DNA of 64,000 nt from Macrostomum lignano (lineage: Eukaryota). Made by a program: the position numbers and the translations under genes. Below the pieces are notes generated by a model. It was given only the letters and a program-made list of their open reading frames with translations, was not told the DNA's origin and ran no database searches. The stretch's first letter is position 1. The number at the start of each line of letters is the position of its first letter. The stretch spans positions 428,979-492,978 of the forward strand of contig NIVC01000647.1 in assembly GCA_002269645.1 (NCBI GenBank), read 5' to 3'. Of this stretch, positions 36,443-51,076 are shown piece by piece.

Positions 36443-37112
36443 TGAGAGCTGTGTGATTGTTGAATTTTATTTGCATGGACAAACACTTTTTTGGTCAGTT
36501 GGGCTGCAAGAAAATTTTGGCATCCCCGATAGTCCAATGGCACGTTCTAGCGAGCAATGGTATTGAATCAGACTTTGACCCTCAGGGGTGATATTGCTGT
36601 CTCATGGACCAGCCCTTATTAGGGCGCGAAATGCACAGAAGGGCCTGTCATGCCGCTGCCTCAAGCTGCTGCAATACGTGCTTCAGCTAAGGCTCTAGCC
36701 ACTCTCATCAAGATCTTATTAGGAAGTCCCGCGAGCCGCAACTCGAACTCTTTGCCTGCGTCGCGTGATCTCATGCATTTTGTTCTGTCTCTGTTCGATT
36801 CTGTTATATCGTGAATACTCTATCATATGATGAGGAATTGACTCAAAGTTGGCGGTGAAAAGCTAGCAAGTGTTGAGCATTGCTCTCTCCCCGCTACAGA
36901 GTCAGCTCTCATTTTTCGATTGAATTTGGAAAGTTAAACGCTTTAAAAACTTTTTGTGCTATTTTTGGCATGGCCCCTTTTCAGCCTGAAGTGTATTTTC
37001 AATTTGAGACGCGTGTGTTCAATAGGTGACTAACTGTATGTACTTTTTGAAGTGTCTTTTCAAGCTTCTGCAGTGGTGTTTTCCTGGACAACTAATAACA
37101 TACTGAATCTAA

Positions 37113-40100
37113 CGATGAGATTTTAGATTCCAAATCATCTAAGGGTGAGATTCTAGACTCCCAGTCTAAGGTTGAGATTCTAGACTCCCAGTCTAAGGTT
37201 GAGATTCTAGACTCCCAGTCTAAGGGTGAGATTCTTGACTCCCAGTCTAAGGTTGAGATTCTAGACTCCCAGTCTTCTAAAGGTGAAATTCTAGGTTCCC
37301 AGTCTAAGGGTAAGATTCTAGACCCCCAGTCTAAGGGTGAGATTCTAGACCCATAGTCTAAGGGTGAGATTCTAGACTACGAGTCTAAGGGTGAGATTCT
37401 AGACCCATAGTCTAAGGGTGAGATTCTAGACTACGAGTCTAAGGGTGAGATTCTAGACCCATAGTCTAAGGGTGAGATTCTAGACCCATAGTCTAAGGGT
37501 GAGATTCTAGACCCATAGTCTAAGGGTGAGATTCTAGACCCATAGTCTAAGGATGAGATTCTAGACCCATAGTCTAAGGATGAGATTCTAGACTCCCAGT
37601 CTAATTGTGAGATTCTAGACTCCCAGTCTAAGGGTGAGATTCTAGACACCCAGTCTAGGGATGAGATTCTAGACTCCCAGTCTAGGGATGAGATTCTAGA
37701 CTCCCAGTCTAAGGTTGAGATTCTAGACCCATAGTCTAAGGGTGAGATTCTAGACTACGAGTCTAAGGGTGAGATTCTAGACCCATAGTCTAAGGGTGAG
37801 ATTCTAGACTACGAGTCTAAGGGTGAGATTCTAGACCCATAGTCTAAGGGTGAGATTCTAGACCCATAGTCTAAGGGTGAGATTCTAGACCCATAGTCTA
37901 AGGATGAGATTCTAGACTCCCAGTCTAATTGTGAGATTCTAGACTCCCAGTCTAAGGGTGAGATTCTAGACTCCCAGTCTAGGGATGAGATTCTAGACTC
38001 CCAGTCTAGGGATGAGATTCTAGACTCCCAGTCTAGGGTGAGATTCTAGACTCCCAGTCTAGGGATGAGATTCTAGACTCCCAGTCTAAGGGTGAGATTC
38101 TAGACTCCCAGTCTAGGGATGAGATTCTAGACTCCCAGTCTAGGGATGAGATTCTAGACTCCCAGTCTAAGGGTGAGATTTTAGACCCATAGCCTAAGGG
38201 TGAGATTCTAGACCCATAGTTTAAGGATGAGATTCTAGACTCCCAGTCTAATTGTGAGATTCTAGACTCCCAGTCTAAGGGTGAGATTCTAGACCCATAG
38301 TCTAAGGGTGAGATTCTAGACCCATAGTCTAAGGGTGAGATTCTAGACCCATAGTCTAAGGATGAGATTCTAGACTCCCAGTCTAATTGTGAGATTCTAG
38401 ACTCCCAGTCTAAGGGTGAGATTCTAAACCATAGTCTAAGGGTGAGATTCTAGACCCATAGTCTAAGGGTGAGATTCTAGACCCATAGTCTAAGGATGAG
38501 ATTCTAGACTCCCAGTCTAATTGTGAGATTCTAGACTCCCAGTCTAAGGTTGAGATTCTAGACTCCCAGTCTAAGGTTGAGATTCTAGACTCCCAGTCTA
38601 AGGGTGAGATTCTTGACTCCCAGTCTAAGGTTGAGATTCTAGACTCCCAGTCTTCTAAAGGTGAAATTCTAGGTTCCCAGTCTAAGGGTAAGATTCTAGA
38701 CCCCAGTCTAAGGGTGAGATTCTAGACCCATAGTCTAAGGGTGAGATTCTAGACTACGAGTCTAAGGGTGAGATTCTAGACCCATAGTCTAAGGGTGAGA
38801 TTCTAGACTACGAGTCTAAGGGTGAGATTCTAGACCCATAGTCTAAGGGTGAGATTCTAGACCCATAGTCTAAGGGTGAGATTCTAGACCCATAGTCTAA
38901 GGGTGAGATTCTAGACCCATAGTCTAAGGATGAGATTCTAGACCCATAGTCTAAGGATGAGATTCTAGACTCCCAGTCTAATTGTGAGATTCTAGACTCC
39001 CAGTCTAAGGGTGAGATTCTAGACACCCAGTCTAGGGATGAGATTCTAGACTCCCAGTCTAGGGATGAGATTCTAGACTCCCAGTCTAAGGTTGAGATTC
39101 TAGACCCATAGTCTAAGGGTGAGATTCTAGACTACGAGTCTAAGGGTGAGATTCTAGACCCATAGTCTAAGGGTGAGATTCTAGACTACGAGTCTAAGGG
39201 TGAGATTCTAGACCCATAGTCTAAGGGTGAGATTCTAGACCCATAGTCTAAGGGTGAGATTCTAGACCCATAGTCTAAGGGTGAGATTCTAGACCCATAG
39301 TCTAAGGATGAGATTCTAGACTCCCAGTCTAATTGTGAGATTCTAGACTCCCAGTCTAAGGGTGAGATTCTAGACTCCCAGTCTAGGGATGAGATTCTAG
39401 ACTCCCAGTCTAGGGATGAGATTCTAGACTCCCAGTCTAGGGGTGAGATTCTAGACTCCCAGTCTAGGGATGAGATTCTAGACTCCCAGTCTAAGGGTGA
39501 GATTCTAGACTCCCAGTCTAGGGATGAGATTCTAGACTCCCAGTCTAGGGATGAGATTCTAGACTCCCAGTCTAAGGGTGAGATTTTAGACCCATAGCCT
39601 AAGGGTGAGATTCTAGACCCATAGTTTAAGGATGAGATTCTAGACTCCCAGTCTAATTGTGAGATTCTAGACTCCCAGTCTAAGGGTGAGATTCTAGACC
39701 CATAGTCTAAGGGTGAGATTCTAGACCCATAGTCTAAGGGTGAGATTCTAGACCCATAGTCTAAGGGTGAGATTCTAGACCCATAGTCTAAGGATGAGAT
39801 TCTAGACTCCCAGTCTAATTGTGAGATTCTAGACTCCCAGTCTAAGGGTGAGATTCTAAACCCATAGTCTAAGGGTGAGATTCTAGACCCATAGTCTAAG
39901 GGTGAGATTCTAGACCCATAGTCTAAGGATGAGATTCTAGACTCCCAGTCTAATTGTGAGATTCTAGACTCCCAGTCTAAGGGTGAGATTTTAGACCCAT
40001 AGCCTAAGGGTGAGATTCTAGACCCATAGTTTAAGGATGAGATTCTAGACTCCCAGTCTAATTGTGAGATTCTAGACTCCCAGTCTAAGGGTGAGATTCT

Positions 40101-42183
40101 AGACCCATAGTCTAAGGGTGAGATTCTAGACCCATAGTCTAAGGGTGAGATTCTAGACCCATAGTCTAAGGATGAGATTCTAGACTCCCAGTCTAATTGT
40201 GAGATTCTAGACTCCCAGTCTAAGGGTGAGATTCTAAACCCATAGTCTAAGGGTGAGATTCTAGACCCATAGTCTAAGGGTGAGATTCTAGACCCATAGT
40301 CTAAGGATGAGATTCTAGACTCCCAGTCTAATTGTGAGATTCTAGACTCCCAGTCTAAGGTTGAGATTCTAGACTCCCAGTCTAAGGTTGAGATTCTAGA
40401 CTCCCAGTCTAAGGGTGAGATTCTTGACTCCCAGTCTAAGGTTGAGATTCTAGACTCCCAGTCTTCTAAAGGTGAAATTCTAGGTTCCCAGTCTAAGGGT
40501 AAGATTCTAGACCCCCAGTCTAAGGGTGAGATTCTAGACCCATAGTCTAAGGGTGAGATTCTAGACTACGAGTCTAAGGGTGAGATTCTAGACCCATAGT
40601 CTAAGGGTGAGATTCTAGACTACGAGTCTAAGGGTGAGATTCTAGACCCATAGTCTAAGGGTGAGATTCTAGACCCATAGTCTAAGGGTGAGATTCTAGA
40701 CCCATAGTCTAAGGGTGAGATTCTAGACCCATAGTCTAAGGATGAGATTCTAGACCCATAGTCTAAGGATGAGATTCTAGACTCCCAGTCTAATTGTGAG
40801 ATTCTAGACTCCCAGTCTAAGGGTGAGATTCTAGACACCCAGTCTAGGGATGAGATTCTAGACTCCCAGTCTAAGGGTGAGATTCTAGACTCCCAGTCTA
40901 AGGTTGAGATTCTAGACCCATAGTCTAAGGGTGAGATTCTAGACTACGAGTCTAAGGGTGAGATTCTAGACCCATAGTCTAAGGGTGAGATTCTAGACTA
41001 CGAGTCTAAGGGTGAGATTCTAGACCCATAGTCTAAGGGTGAGATTCTAGACCCATAGTCTAAGGGTGAGATTCTAGACCCATAGTCTAAGGGTGAGATT
41101 CTAGACCCATAGTCTAAGGATGAGATTCTAGACTCCCAGTCTAATTGTGAGATTCTAGACTCCCAGTCTAAGGGTGAGATTCTAGACTCCCAGTCTAGGG
41201 ATGAGATTCTAGACTCCCAGTCTAGGGATGAGATTCTAGACTCCCAGTCTAGGGTGAGATTCTAGACTCCCAGTCTAGGGATGAGATTCTAGACTCCCAG
41301 TCTAAGGGTGAGATTCTAGACTCCCAGTCTAGGGATGAGATTCTAGACTCCCAGTCTAGGGATGAGATTCTAGACTCCCAGTCTAAGGGTGAGATTTTAG
41401 ACCCATAGCCTAAGGGTGAGATTCTAGACCCATAGTTTAAGGATGAGATTCTAGACTCCCAGTCTAATTGTGAGATTCTAGACTCCCAGTCTAAGGGTGA
41501 GATTCTAGACCCATAGTCTAAGGGTGAGATTCTAGACCCATAGTCTAAGGGTGAGATTCTAGACCCATAGTCTAAGGATGAGATTCTAGACTCCCAGTCT
41601 AATTGTGAGATTCTAGACTCCCAGTCTAAGGGTGAGATTCTAAACCCATAGTCTAAGGGTGAGATTCTAGACCCATAGTCTAAGGGTGAGATTCTAGACC
41701 CATAGTCTAAGGATGAGATTCTAGACTCCCAGTCTAATTGTGAGATTCTAGACTCCCAGTCTAAGGGTGAGATTCTAGACCCATAGTCTAAGGGTGAGAT
41801 TCTAGACCCATAGTCTAAGGGTGAGATTCTAGACCCATAGTCTAAGGGTGAGATTCTAGACCCATAGTCTAAGGGTGAGATTCTAGACCCATAATCTAAG
41901 GGTGAGATTCTAGACCCATAGTCTAAGGGTGAGATTCTAGACCCATAATCTAAGGGTGAGATTCTAGACCCATAGTCTAAGGATGAGATTCTAGACTCCC
42001 AGTCTAATTGTGAGATTCTAGACTCCCAGTCTAGGGATGAGATTCTAGACTCCCAGTCTAGGGGTGAGATTCTGGACTCCCAGTCTGGGGATGAGATTCT
42101 AGACTCCCAGTCTAGGGGTGAGATTCTGGACTCCCAGTCTAGGGATGAGATTCTAGACTCCCAGTCTAGGGGTGAGATTCTAC
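37113..42183. repeat. 27-bp satellite, about 5 kb, with higher-order structure
   Basis: Unit gagattctagactcccagtctaagggt with cccat/tacg variants. The rare variant gtcttctaaaggtgaaattctaggttcc recurs at about 37272, 38650 and 40461. Confidence 0.97.
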
Positions 42184-43247
42184 ACATGGAACTTTGGACA
42201 GAAAAATATTCAGTCAGAAACTTTCAAAAAAGCAGATTGCTCTGAACTGGATTGAGCGGCGACGAAGGGGGAGAGAGGGAAGGAGAGGAGAGAAAGAGAG
42301 ACTACGAGGAGAATTCTGAGAAGGATTTTTCAGTTCTCGGCAGAAAACTCAATCAAACTCCTAGAGGCAATTTCTGCCGGTGGTAGATAAGTAAGACCCG
42401 TAGGAACTCTGTAAACAAGTTTTGTAAGGGAAACCTTCTTCATAAGATTTAATCGGGTGTTAGGTACATGTAGAGTCCTCATGAATAACTAATGAACCTT
42501 CATTCACCTGAGACTGGGGGGGGGGGGCGCCTGACGCATCTTAGTGCACCTGCCTAACAAATTCACGCCATGAATGCTTTCTCAACTGAAACGGCAACTT
42601 GAGCTGCTCGCTCACGAGACCCCACTGTACGCATCATTAGAGCTTGCAAAATACTCCCCACACACAGGCCTCATCTAGTCCTTATCCCCTGATGTAGCCC
42701 CCGGTCTCGCCAGCTTCCCTCATCATTCTAGCCTCAGCCTGCCAAAAGCTGTGGCAACAATGCTTCTCTCTCATTCACTCTCACTTTCGCCACTCTCTCT
42801 CACGCACACAGACTGCCACAGCTGCTTGAAGAAGTAAGTGGCTGGCTGTGGACATTGAAACGCCCCCCCCCCCCAATTATAAAGGTGTGAAAATCGCCAA
42901 GAGGATATTATATTGGCTCAATAAGGGAGTCACAGCCACCTTAGCCTGTGAGATTCTGTATGGGCAGAGCTACCCCCATCTCCCTCCATTCTTATCCCTA
43001 TGAGGGATAACTGGGAAGGCTGTAAGCGAGCCTCATCAATACCTGTATACGCATGCATATAATTCCGCCTATGGAGTCTAGTTTAAACAAAATCTTAAAT
43101 TTTCAAGTTTTTTAAGCCTTCGATTTTATACGGCTCGTATAGCTTACTTAGCCGCCCAGAGTTAATGAGACACTTTTTCAAGGTTTTTATATCCCCCAAA
43201 AGATCCCTGAAATTTCACTCAACAGTTTAACTGAGGTTCTTTGAGTC

Positions 43248-45600
43248 TAGATTAAGAAACTCATTGAGATTCTTGGCATCTAGATTGACAATCTCTTGAG
43301 ATTCGTCTCATCTAGATTGACAATCTCATTGAGATTCATCTCACATATAATTGGCAATCTCATTGAGATTCATCTCACCTATAATTGACAATCTCAAAGA
43401 TATTCCAGGCATCAAGTTTGAGAATCAAATTGAAGTTCTTTTCATCTAGATTGACAATCTCATTGAGATTCCTAGCATCTAGATTGAGATTCTCATTGAG
43501 ATTCCTAGCATCTAGATTGAGATTCTCATTGAGATTCCTGGCATCCAGATTAAGATTCTCATTGAGATTCCTGGCATCTAGATTGACAATCTCATTGATA
43601 TTCCTGGCATCTAGATTGAGAATCTAATTGAGATTAATCTCATCTAGATTGAGAATCTCATTAAGATTCCTGGCATCTAGATTAACAATCTCATTGAGAT
43701 TCATCTCACCTATAATTGACAATCTCATTGAGAATCATCTCACCTATAATTGACAATCTCATTGAGATTCATCTCACCTATAATTGACTATCTCATTGAG
43801 ATTCATCTCACCTATAATTGACAATCTCATTGAGATTCATCTCACCTATAATTGACAATCTCAAAGATATTCCAGGCATCCAGTTTGAGAATCAAATTGA
43901 AGTTCGTCTCATCTAGATTGAGATTCTCATTGAGATTCTTAGCATCTAGATTGAGATTCTCATTGAGATTCCAGGCATCTAGTATGATAATCAAATTAAT
44001 TTTCGTCTCATCTAGATTGAAAATCTAATTGATATTCCTGACATCTAGATTGACAATCTCATTGAGATTCATCTCACATATAATTGACAATCTCATTGAG
44101 ATTCATCTCACCTATAATTGACAATCTCAAAAATATTCCAGGCATCCAGCTTGAGAATCAAATTGAAGTTCATTTCATCTAGATTGACAATCTCATTGGG
44201 ATTCCTGGCATCCAGATTGAGATTCTTATTGAGATTCCTGGAATCTAGATTGACAATCTCATTGAGATTCATCTCATCTAGATTGAGAATCTAATTGAGA
44301 TTAATCTCATCTAGATTGAGAATCTCATTGAGATTCCTGGCATCTAGATTGACAATCTCATTGAGATTCATCTCACCTATAATTGACAATCTCATTGAGA
44401 TTCATCTCACCTATAATTGACAATCTCATTGAGATTCATCTCACCTATAATTGACAATCTCAAAAATATTCCAGGCATCCAGCTTGAGAATCAAATTGAA
44501 GTTCATTTCATCTAGATTGACAATCTCATTGAGATTCCTGGCATCTAGATTGACAATCTCATTGAGATTCATCTCATCTAGATTGGGAATCTAATTGAGA
44601 TTAATCTCATCTAGATTGAGAATCTCATTAAGGTTCCTGGCATCTAGATTAACAATCTCATTGAGATTCGTCTCATCTAGATTGACAATCTCATTGAGAT
44701 TCATCTCATCTAGATTGAGAATCTAATTGAGATTAATCTCATCTAGATTGAGAATCTCATTGAGATTCCTGGCATCTAGATTGACAATCTCATTGAGATT
44801 CATCTAACCTATAATTGACAATCTCATTGAGATTCATCTCCCCTATAATTGACAATCTCAAAGATATTCCAGGCATCAAGTTTGAGAATCAAATTGAAGT
44901 TCGTCTCATCTAGATTGAGAATCTCATTGAGATTCCTAGCATCTAGATTGACAATCTCATTGAGATTCCTAGCATCTAGATTGAGATTCTCATTGAGATT
45001 CCAGGCATCTAGTATGATAATTAAATTAATTTTCGTCTCATCTAGATTGAAAATCTAATTGATATTCTTGACATCTAGATTGACAATCTCATTGAGATTC
45101 ATCTCACATATAATTGACAATCTCATTGAGATTCATCTCACCTATAATTGACAATCTCAAAAATATTCCAGGCATCCAGCTTGAGAATCAAATTGAAGTT
45201 CATTTCATCTAGATTGACAATCTCATTGAGATTCCTGGCATCTAGATTGACAATCTCATTGAGATTCATCTCATCTAGATTGAGAATCTAATTGAGATTA
45301 ATCTCATCTAGATTGAGAATCTCATTAAGATTCCTGGCATCTAGATTAACAATCTCATTGAGATTCGTCTCATCTAGATTGACAATCTCATTGAGATTCC
45401 TGGCATCTAGATTAAGATTCTCATTGATATTCCTGGCATCTAGATTGACAATCTCATTGAGATTCATCTTACCTATAATTGACAATCGCAAAGACATTCC
45501 AGGCATCTAGTTTGATAATCAAATTGATTTTCGTCTCATCTAGATTGAGAATCTCATTGAGATTCGTCTCATCTAAATTAAGAATCTCATTGAGATTCCT
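43248..45600. repeat. About 33-bp AT-rich palindromic satellite, about 2.3 kb
   Basis: Unit atctagattgacaatctcattgagattcctggc with variants and recurring blocks. Confidence 0.95.
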
Positions 45601-47475
45601 CATTCATGTCGCACCTCTCGGTTGTCAAGACTACATGTAAATCTTCCCTCTAGATTTCATCGACCGAGCAAAAATGCCAAACTGGTCTTGCAACCTGCCA
45701 ATTAGCGCTAAGAAAAGTTTGCCGAACTGGATGCGTTCATGAACAAACGATGGATCTCAGTTTTTCATCCCGCCAAACGTGACAGTCAGCAGTCGCAATC
45801 AAGGTCGCTCTATAGCGCTGCACAGGTGATGCCCACACGCGCTAAAACCCCAAACTTGGGGCAGGTACTTCACAGCTTGCAGCCTCGTGCCAACCAGTCG
45901 CATATTTCAGCATCAGCCCTACAGCGCAAGGCCAAGTCAGTAGGCTGCGTTTGTCAAATTGTGTGGCTTTCCATTTTTCTTCCCAGTCAATCAGTTCGGA
46001 GGAGCCCGGTAGGCTGCAGGACACGCGAGGTCAGTTTTAAAACGAAAACGTTTAACTGCCAGAGAAAGTCACCGAGGTTCAACAGATTTAGGTCTCTGCC
46101 GCTGGCAATCGAAGTTGAGACTCCGTGTCTCTGACAGCAGCTTAGTTCAGATCGCTTTTCTAAAGTCTCGCACTAAATCGTCTCTAACTAGATCGATGCA
46201 TAACCGGTTGCGGCCTCCCTCTGTTCCTGAGCCCCTTCTTTTACGAGCTAGCTCCGACCAGCCCCAGGGGGTGGCCTGGGAAGTCCGAAGTCTTGACAGC
46301 TGACATTTCCCAAATTCCGCCTCTCTGGTATACAAGGAGAAGCAAAATGAGAAAAGAAAAGTCCTTCCTTTTAGAGCGACTGGCCCCTCCCCTCCTTCTG
46401 GATCAAACGATCTAATAATAGAATCTCGCTTGAGAAAATCCGAGATTTCCCTGCCCAACATATCGATGAGAAGAGTTTTCCAAACCGGTAGATAGGACTA
46501 CCATAAGCGCAAGCAGAACATGTAGAATGGAAGTGGCCGGAGGGGCCATGCGAGTCCCCCCTCCCAGTTCCCAGTTCTCAACCCTCATCATTCCCACATT
46601 TTGCTCCGCTTAAGCAGCAGTGGATCTTCATTCGTTTCGCGGAAAGCTTCTTAGTTGTGCCATCGGACTTCTGCTATTGGTTCCCACGCTGAGGAACGGG
46701 CCGGGCTGGCTGTGCAGTGCCGGAGTCCGCGCCTGCAGCCAACAGACTTCCATTTTCTGAGGCGCGAGAGGTGGTTGGAGCCCGCCGGGCTGGATGCTGA
46801 GGGAGGAGGTTGGCAATGAAGGAAAAGGCAAAATAGCTCCCGTCCTCGTCCTTTCTCAGTTTTTTTGCCACCTGCTTTAGACGATTGAAGTCTCCTCCAT
46901 TCAGACTCCCCTGCCGCCCCTCCTCCCCCCCGTTGCCTAAAGTTCAGCCGTTCCCCAGGCTTTCCGCCAAAAGATTTCTCCCCGCAACTATCCAGCAGCT
47001 TTTCCTACAAAAACATCCCCCACGATAGCTTTGTACCTTCCTTACTCGCAGCCGCCAGAGCTCCGGTTCCGTTGAGGAAACGCGAGAGCCAGGAGGCAGG
47101 GCGGGCAGGTACAGCAGGAGCACGAGAAAAGTCTCTCCTAACCCAGCAACTCAGAATTCAGGTTTCGTTTGCAAAACTCTCAAGCCTCATCACACTTGGG
47201 TTGAGAAAGTCAGCTAGAGCGAGAGACAAAAGACTTCTATTCAGACCGGGAGGGCTCGGGAGAGGCCCGGAGCGCCTCGACTTTAATCCGGCACGGTGGA
47301 GCGAGAGCGAGCTGACTTGAGCGCGCGGCTGGATTAAACCCGGGCCGGAAGCCAGACAAAGAAGCGCATAAGGACAAAAGCCAAAGCTGTGGTGCCCTCA
47401 GCTGCGAGGCCTGCATACAAGTAGCAGGGAGACGCGGTGGTCTGCAACTCAGCGGAGAACCACTGCCACGTTGCC

Positions 47476-48422
47476 ATGCAGCCGCTGAGCCTAGCAACAC
47501 TAGTTGCCGCTTCGGTTCTCCTGATGCTCGGGACCGCATCAGGCCAAGCTGGAATGAAGCCGAACTACACCAACATTGTGGACCGAATCGTAGGGCACAT
47601 CTTCACCAACTACAACAAGCACCAGAGACCCGTGCCGGCCAGCAGGCAGAACAAGGACGGCAAACTGGAGGAAGACCCGACACTCGTGTTAGTGAACATG
47701 AAAATTCTCAGCATCAACAAGGTCGACGTCATCAATATGGAGTTCACGCTGGACATGTACCTGAGGCAGTTCTGGCGCGATCACCGGCTCAGCTGGGAGA
47801 ATATCCCGCAGTTCAAGTTCTACAATGACTCCATCGCTATACCGGCCAAGAAGGAGCAACTGTGGCTGCCAGATCTTTTCTTTCGCAATGGAAAGCAAGG
47901 CTACCTGCACGAGATGACGCAGCCAAATTATCTAATCCGAGTTGAGCCGAACGGGCACATCCTGTACTCGCAGAAGGTTACAATGCGGTACGCTTGCCAG
48001 ATGCAGCTGCAGACGTTCCCGATGGACACGCAGACCTGCACTGTGAATATTGGCAGCTACGGATACACAACTCGAAACCTGCTGTTTCGATGGAAACGAG
48101 ACGAGAATAAAGCCTCAGTGGAGCTGGACAAAATGCAAATCTCGGAGTTCAACACGCCGAGCAGCGCCGAGACCATCGACTGCACGAAGGGCAGCGCCAC
48201 CAGCACCGGCGCCTACGCCTGCCTGTTGGTTGTCTTCAACCTCGAGAGGCAGCTCGGCAGTTACCTGTCCAGCACCTACATTCCCGCGATTCTCATCGTG
48301 ACAGTCAGCTGGCTGAACTTCTGGATCAGCGTTGAGGCCATACCGGCTCGCGTGTCCCTCGGCGTGCTCACTCTGCTCGGCATCCTAACCCAGGGCATGT
48401 CCGTCATCAACAACTTGCCCAG
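47476..48422 (+). CDS. Anion-selective Cys-loop receptor (GluCl/GlyR-like, flatworm type), variable exon V1: signal peptide + extracellular domain + M1 + M2
   Basis: Signal peptide MQPLSLATLVAASVLLMLGTASG; LWLPDLFF; Cys-loop CQMQLQTFPMDTQTC; loop-C Cys pair DCTKGSATSTGAYAC; M1; PARVSLG M2. Ends CCC AG|gtaaga (phase 2); 947 nt. Confidence 0.95.
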
Positions 48423-51076
48423 GTAAGAGTCAGCCTCGCTGAGTCATGCGCCCTCAGTCGACACCTCGGTGCTATTTTTAATTTGCTTGAATAAGTAATA
48501 CACAACGGAAGGCTCACATGGCGGCAATCTGATCGCAATTAGAGAAGGCCTTCTTGACCTGTTCAGGCCTGCCCCTCAGGTCTCTCTCCCGATCTTCGTT
48601 ACCTTTTTTCTTCCCGCACTCTCGACTCAAATCCCCAAACTTCAAGTCTTCCTCTCCGGAGAGAAACTTTGAGGAAATCTTCGGCGACATCTTTTGCTTT
48701 TCTTTCTCTTGCTATATAGCGAGCTCCTCTTTCTCTCCTCAACTTTCGCTTTCGTTTCGCGTGCCCCTTGTTGGTGCGTCACGTCTCTCTCGGCTCTGGG
48801 CACGCACGCACACACAGACGCCAGACGTGCACAGTTCATCGTGCTCTGCTCCAAGCAGCTGGTCACTCAGAGACTCACAGAGAAAAGTCCGAAAGTTGCA
48901 ACGGGCCTGCTCACACTAATTGCCAGGCCTGGGGAGAAGGGATTAGAGAGAGAGGGGGGAGGTTGGCGCTGTTTTCAACGCATCGCCACACTCTCCAGGC
49001 AGTCAGAGCATTCCTCGTTGCCTCTTAACGTTTTTTGCGACTAAACTTTGACTAAAGAGAAGACGAAAGCTGCGCGCTCACCATAGCAGCAGAGGCTGGG
49101 CTAGCAGCAGGGGGGCTGTCTCACTTCCTTTGCGGCGTGACTCTCTGAACTTTTTTTCTACTCAAAGTCTCATTCCGAGACTAACGAGGCACTCGTAAGA
49201 GTAAAGAATTGCGATGGTAGCTAATAGGGAGTGCATGAGCTACCTTCAACTTCTGCTGTCTTATATTAGGTTTTAAAACTCACATATGCCCCCCCCCGAT
49301 CCAGCTGTTTGCACTAACCTAACCCCGCTGTGTCAACATTGACAACTGCATTACTGCATGACGATATTCGCTACCAAATGGAATGAAACTCGGCGGTCTC
49401 TGCTGACTTGGGGTGCACATTAAATGTATTGACAGAGATGGGACAGGTGCGTGTATTAGTGATCAGACATCGTGCGACTTTCTGCCTTACAATCGAACCC
49501 TAAGAACGAAATGTTCTCTGTAAACCTGCAGTAGAAACAGCTGTCATTGATGGACACGCAGCCCATTGATGAAAGGATAGGGAGATAGTGGGATTCGGGG
49601 ATCTTAGATTGCAGCCTCTGTAGCTTAACAAGCCATAATACCGTTATTATACTCTACAATATGGGAACATGAAATCATATCATGCTAGTATAGTACTAAC
49701 AGCGAAAATCGCTTGGCCAATACCTGTACCGTACTACGTGAGCGAGCCGCGCATTCAGCCGCGAGCTGCTCACTGACGATGAGATCGGTGGCTCGGCCTA
49801 TAATCAAAGGCTAATTCTTTTCCACTCCAATGGGCCATCATGCCCTCCCCTCATACCTCCTCAGAAGATCTTTCTGCTATAATGCATCTAAGCTCAAGCG
49901 CAGGAGCAGACGGTTGCAAAAGATCGTAAAATCAATCGAAACCGTCTCTGGCTGGCAGAAAAGCAGAAAGAGGCGCGTTCTATCAATTGAGTGGATAGAT
50001 TCCCTGTCTTAGTTGCTTAGTTGCTAAGTCTTACCGAATAGACTCGCTTAATTACAGTATTTTTGAATCGATCCTCTCTATAGCAGCCCCTTAGTTAGTG
50101 ATAACTATTGCTTGTCTTGACAGGAACACAGCTAGGTCCCTGCTGTTGTATAAAAAAGGTTCCTCTTATGCCTTGAGCAACGCACAGCTCAAGTCGCCGT
50201 GCATACGGTGTCAATTTACCAATTCTAGCCATGCAGTCCATGGAAATTAGTCTCGAGTTACAGTTGATTTTCGATTTGCTAAAGGGGCTACTGGGGGCAG
50301 AGTTTGGCTCAGAATGGCATGCATTTTTGATTAGTAAGTCCAGCCCCACGGATTTGGTAAAAATGTAGTCAAACTTACAGTAAATGAGTAGAACTTGTTC
50401 AATCAGGCCATAACCGGATCTGAACCCCAGACACGGAGGCCTGGCATTCTTCTTTTCTAATTAGCTGCCCGGATGAAGAAGTCGATGAGCCATGGTTGTT
50501 CACTCGCGTCCTGTCGATTCTGTCGCAGATTCGGATTGCTCAACCCAGCAGACGAAAAGCAGAAAAGTTTCCCAAGCGTCTTTAAATTGAATTTACTCAG
50601 TCGAGCAACTGAGCTGCAGCCGGCTCCCAGAAAGGACAATATGGTAGGAAAAATTCGCAGGCAAAAATTGTTTATTAGAAGCTTCATTAGTTAACTTACA
50701 AGTCCTTCTTTCGTGGAACTGCGCAGTATTCTGATGAGGAAAATTCTAGACATGGCTACAAAAATAAGCCAATGTTTGCTAGTCAGCTGTCGGCCTGTCC
50801 ACTGAAGTTTGAAGAAGTTTGTACTTGAACCCAATTCAACAAATTAAATCCGTGTGCTTGTCAGTCTGCGCAGCTGACTAACAGAATTTACACCTTTTTT
50901 ATCTGTCCGATGTAGCAATATTCTTGCCGTGACGGATCAACGAACAACTTGAGCTGACACAGAAACAAGACAGACTTGTTTTGAATGAATGAACGATAAC
51001 TAATATAGTTTCGTAGTCACCAGTACAACACCTTCCGGAGTCTTTCCTGGGAATGGATTCACTACCTGAAATGTCA

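Noticed and set aside
37431-45510. SRISPLDYG and LASRLTISLRF repeat ORFs
   Set aside because: By-products of the 27-bp and 33-bp satellites.
46412-46549. Minus-strand MAPPATSILHVLLALMVVLSTG signal-peptide-like ORF as a possible first exon for the ITIM-tail gene
   Set aside because: No convincing donor and no intervening extracellular or TM exons were found in 33.3-46.4 kb; hydrophobic short ORFs occur by chance.
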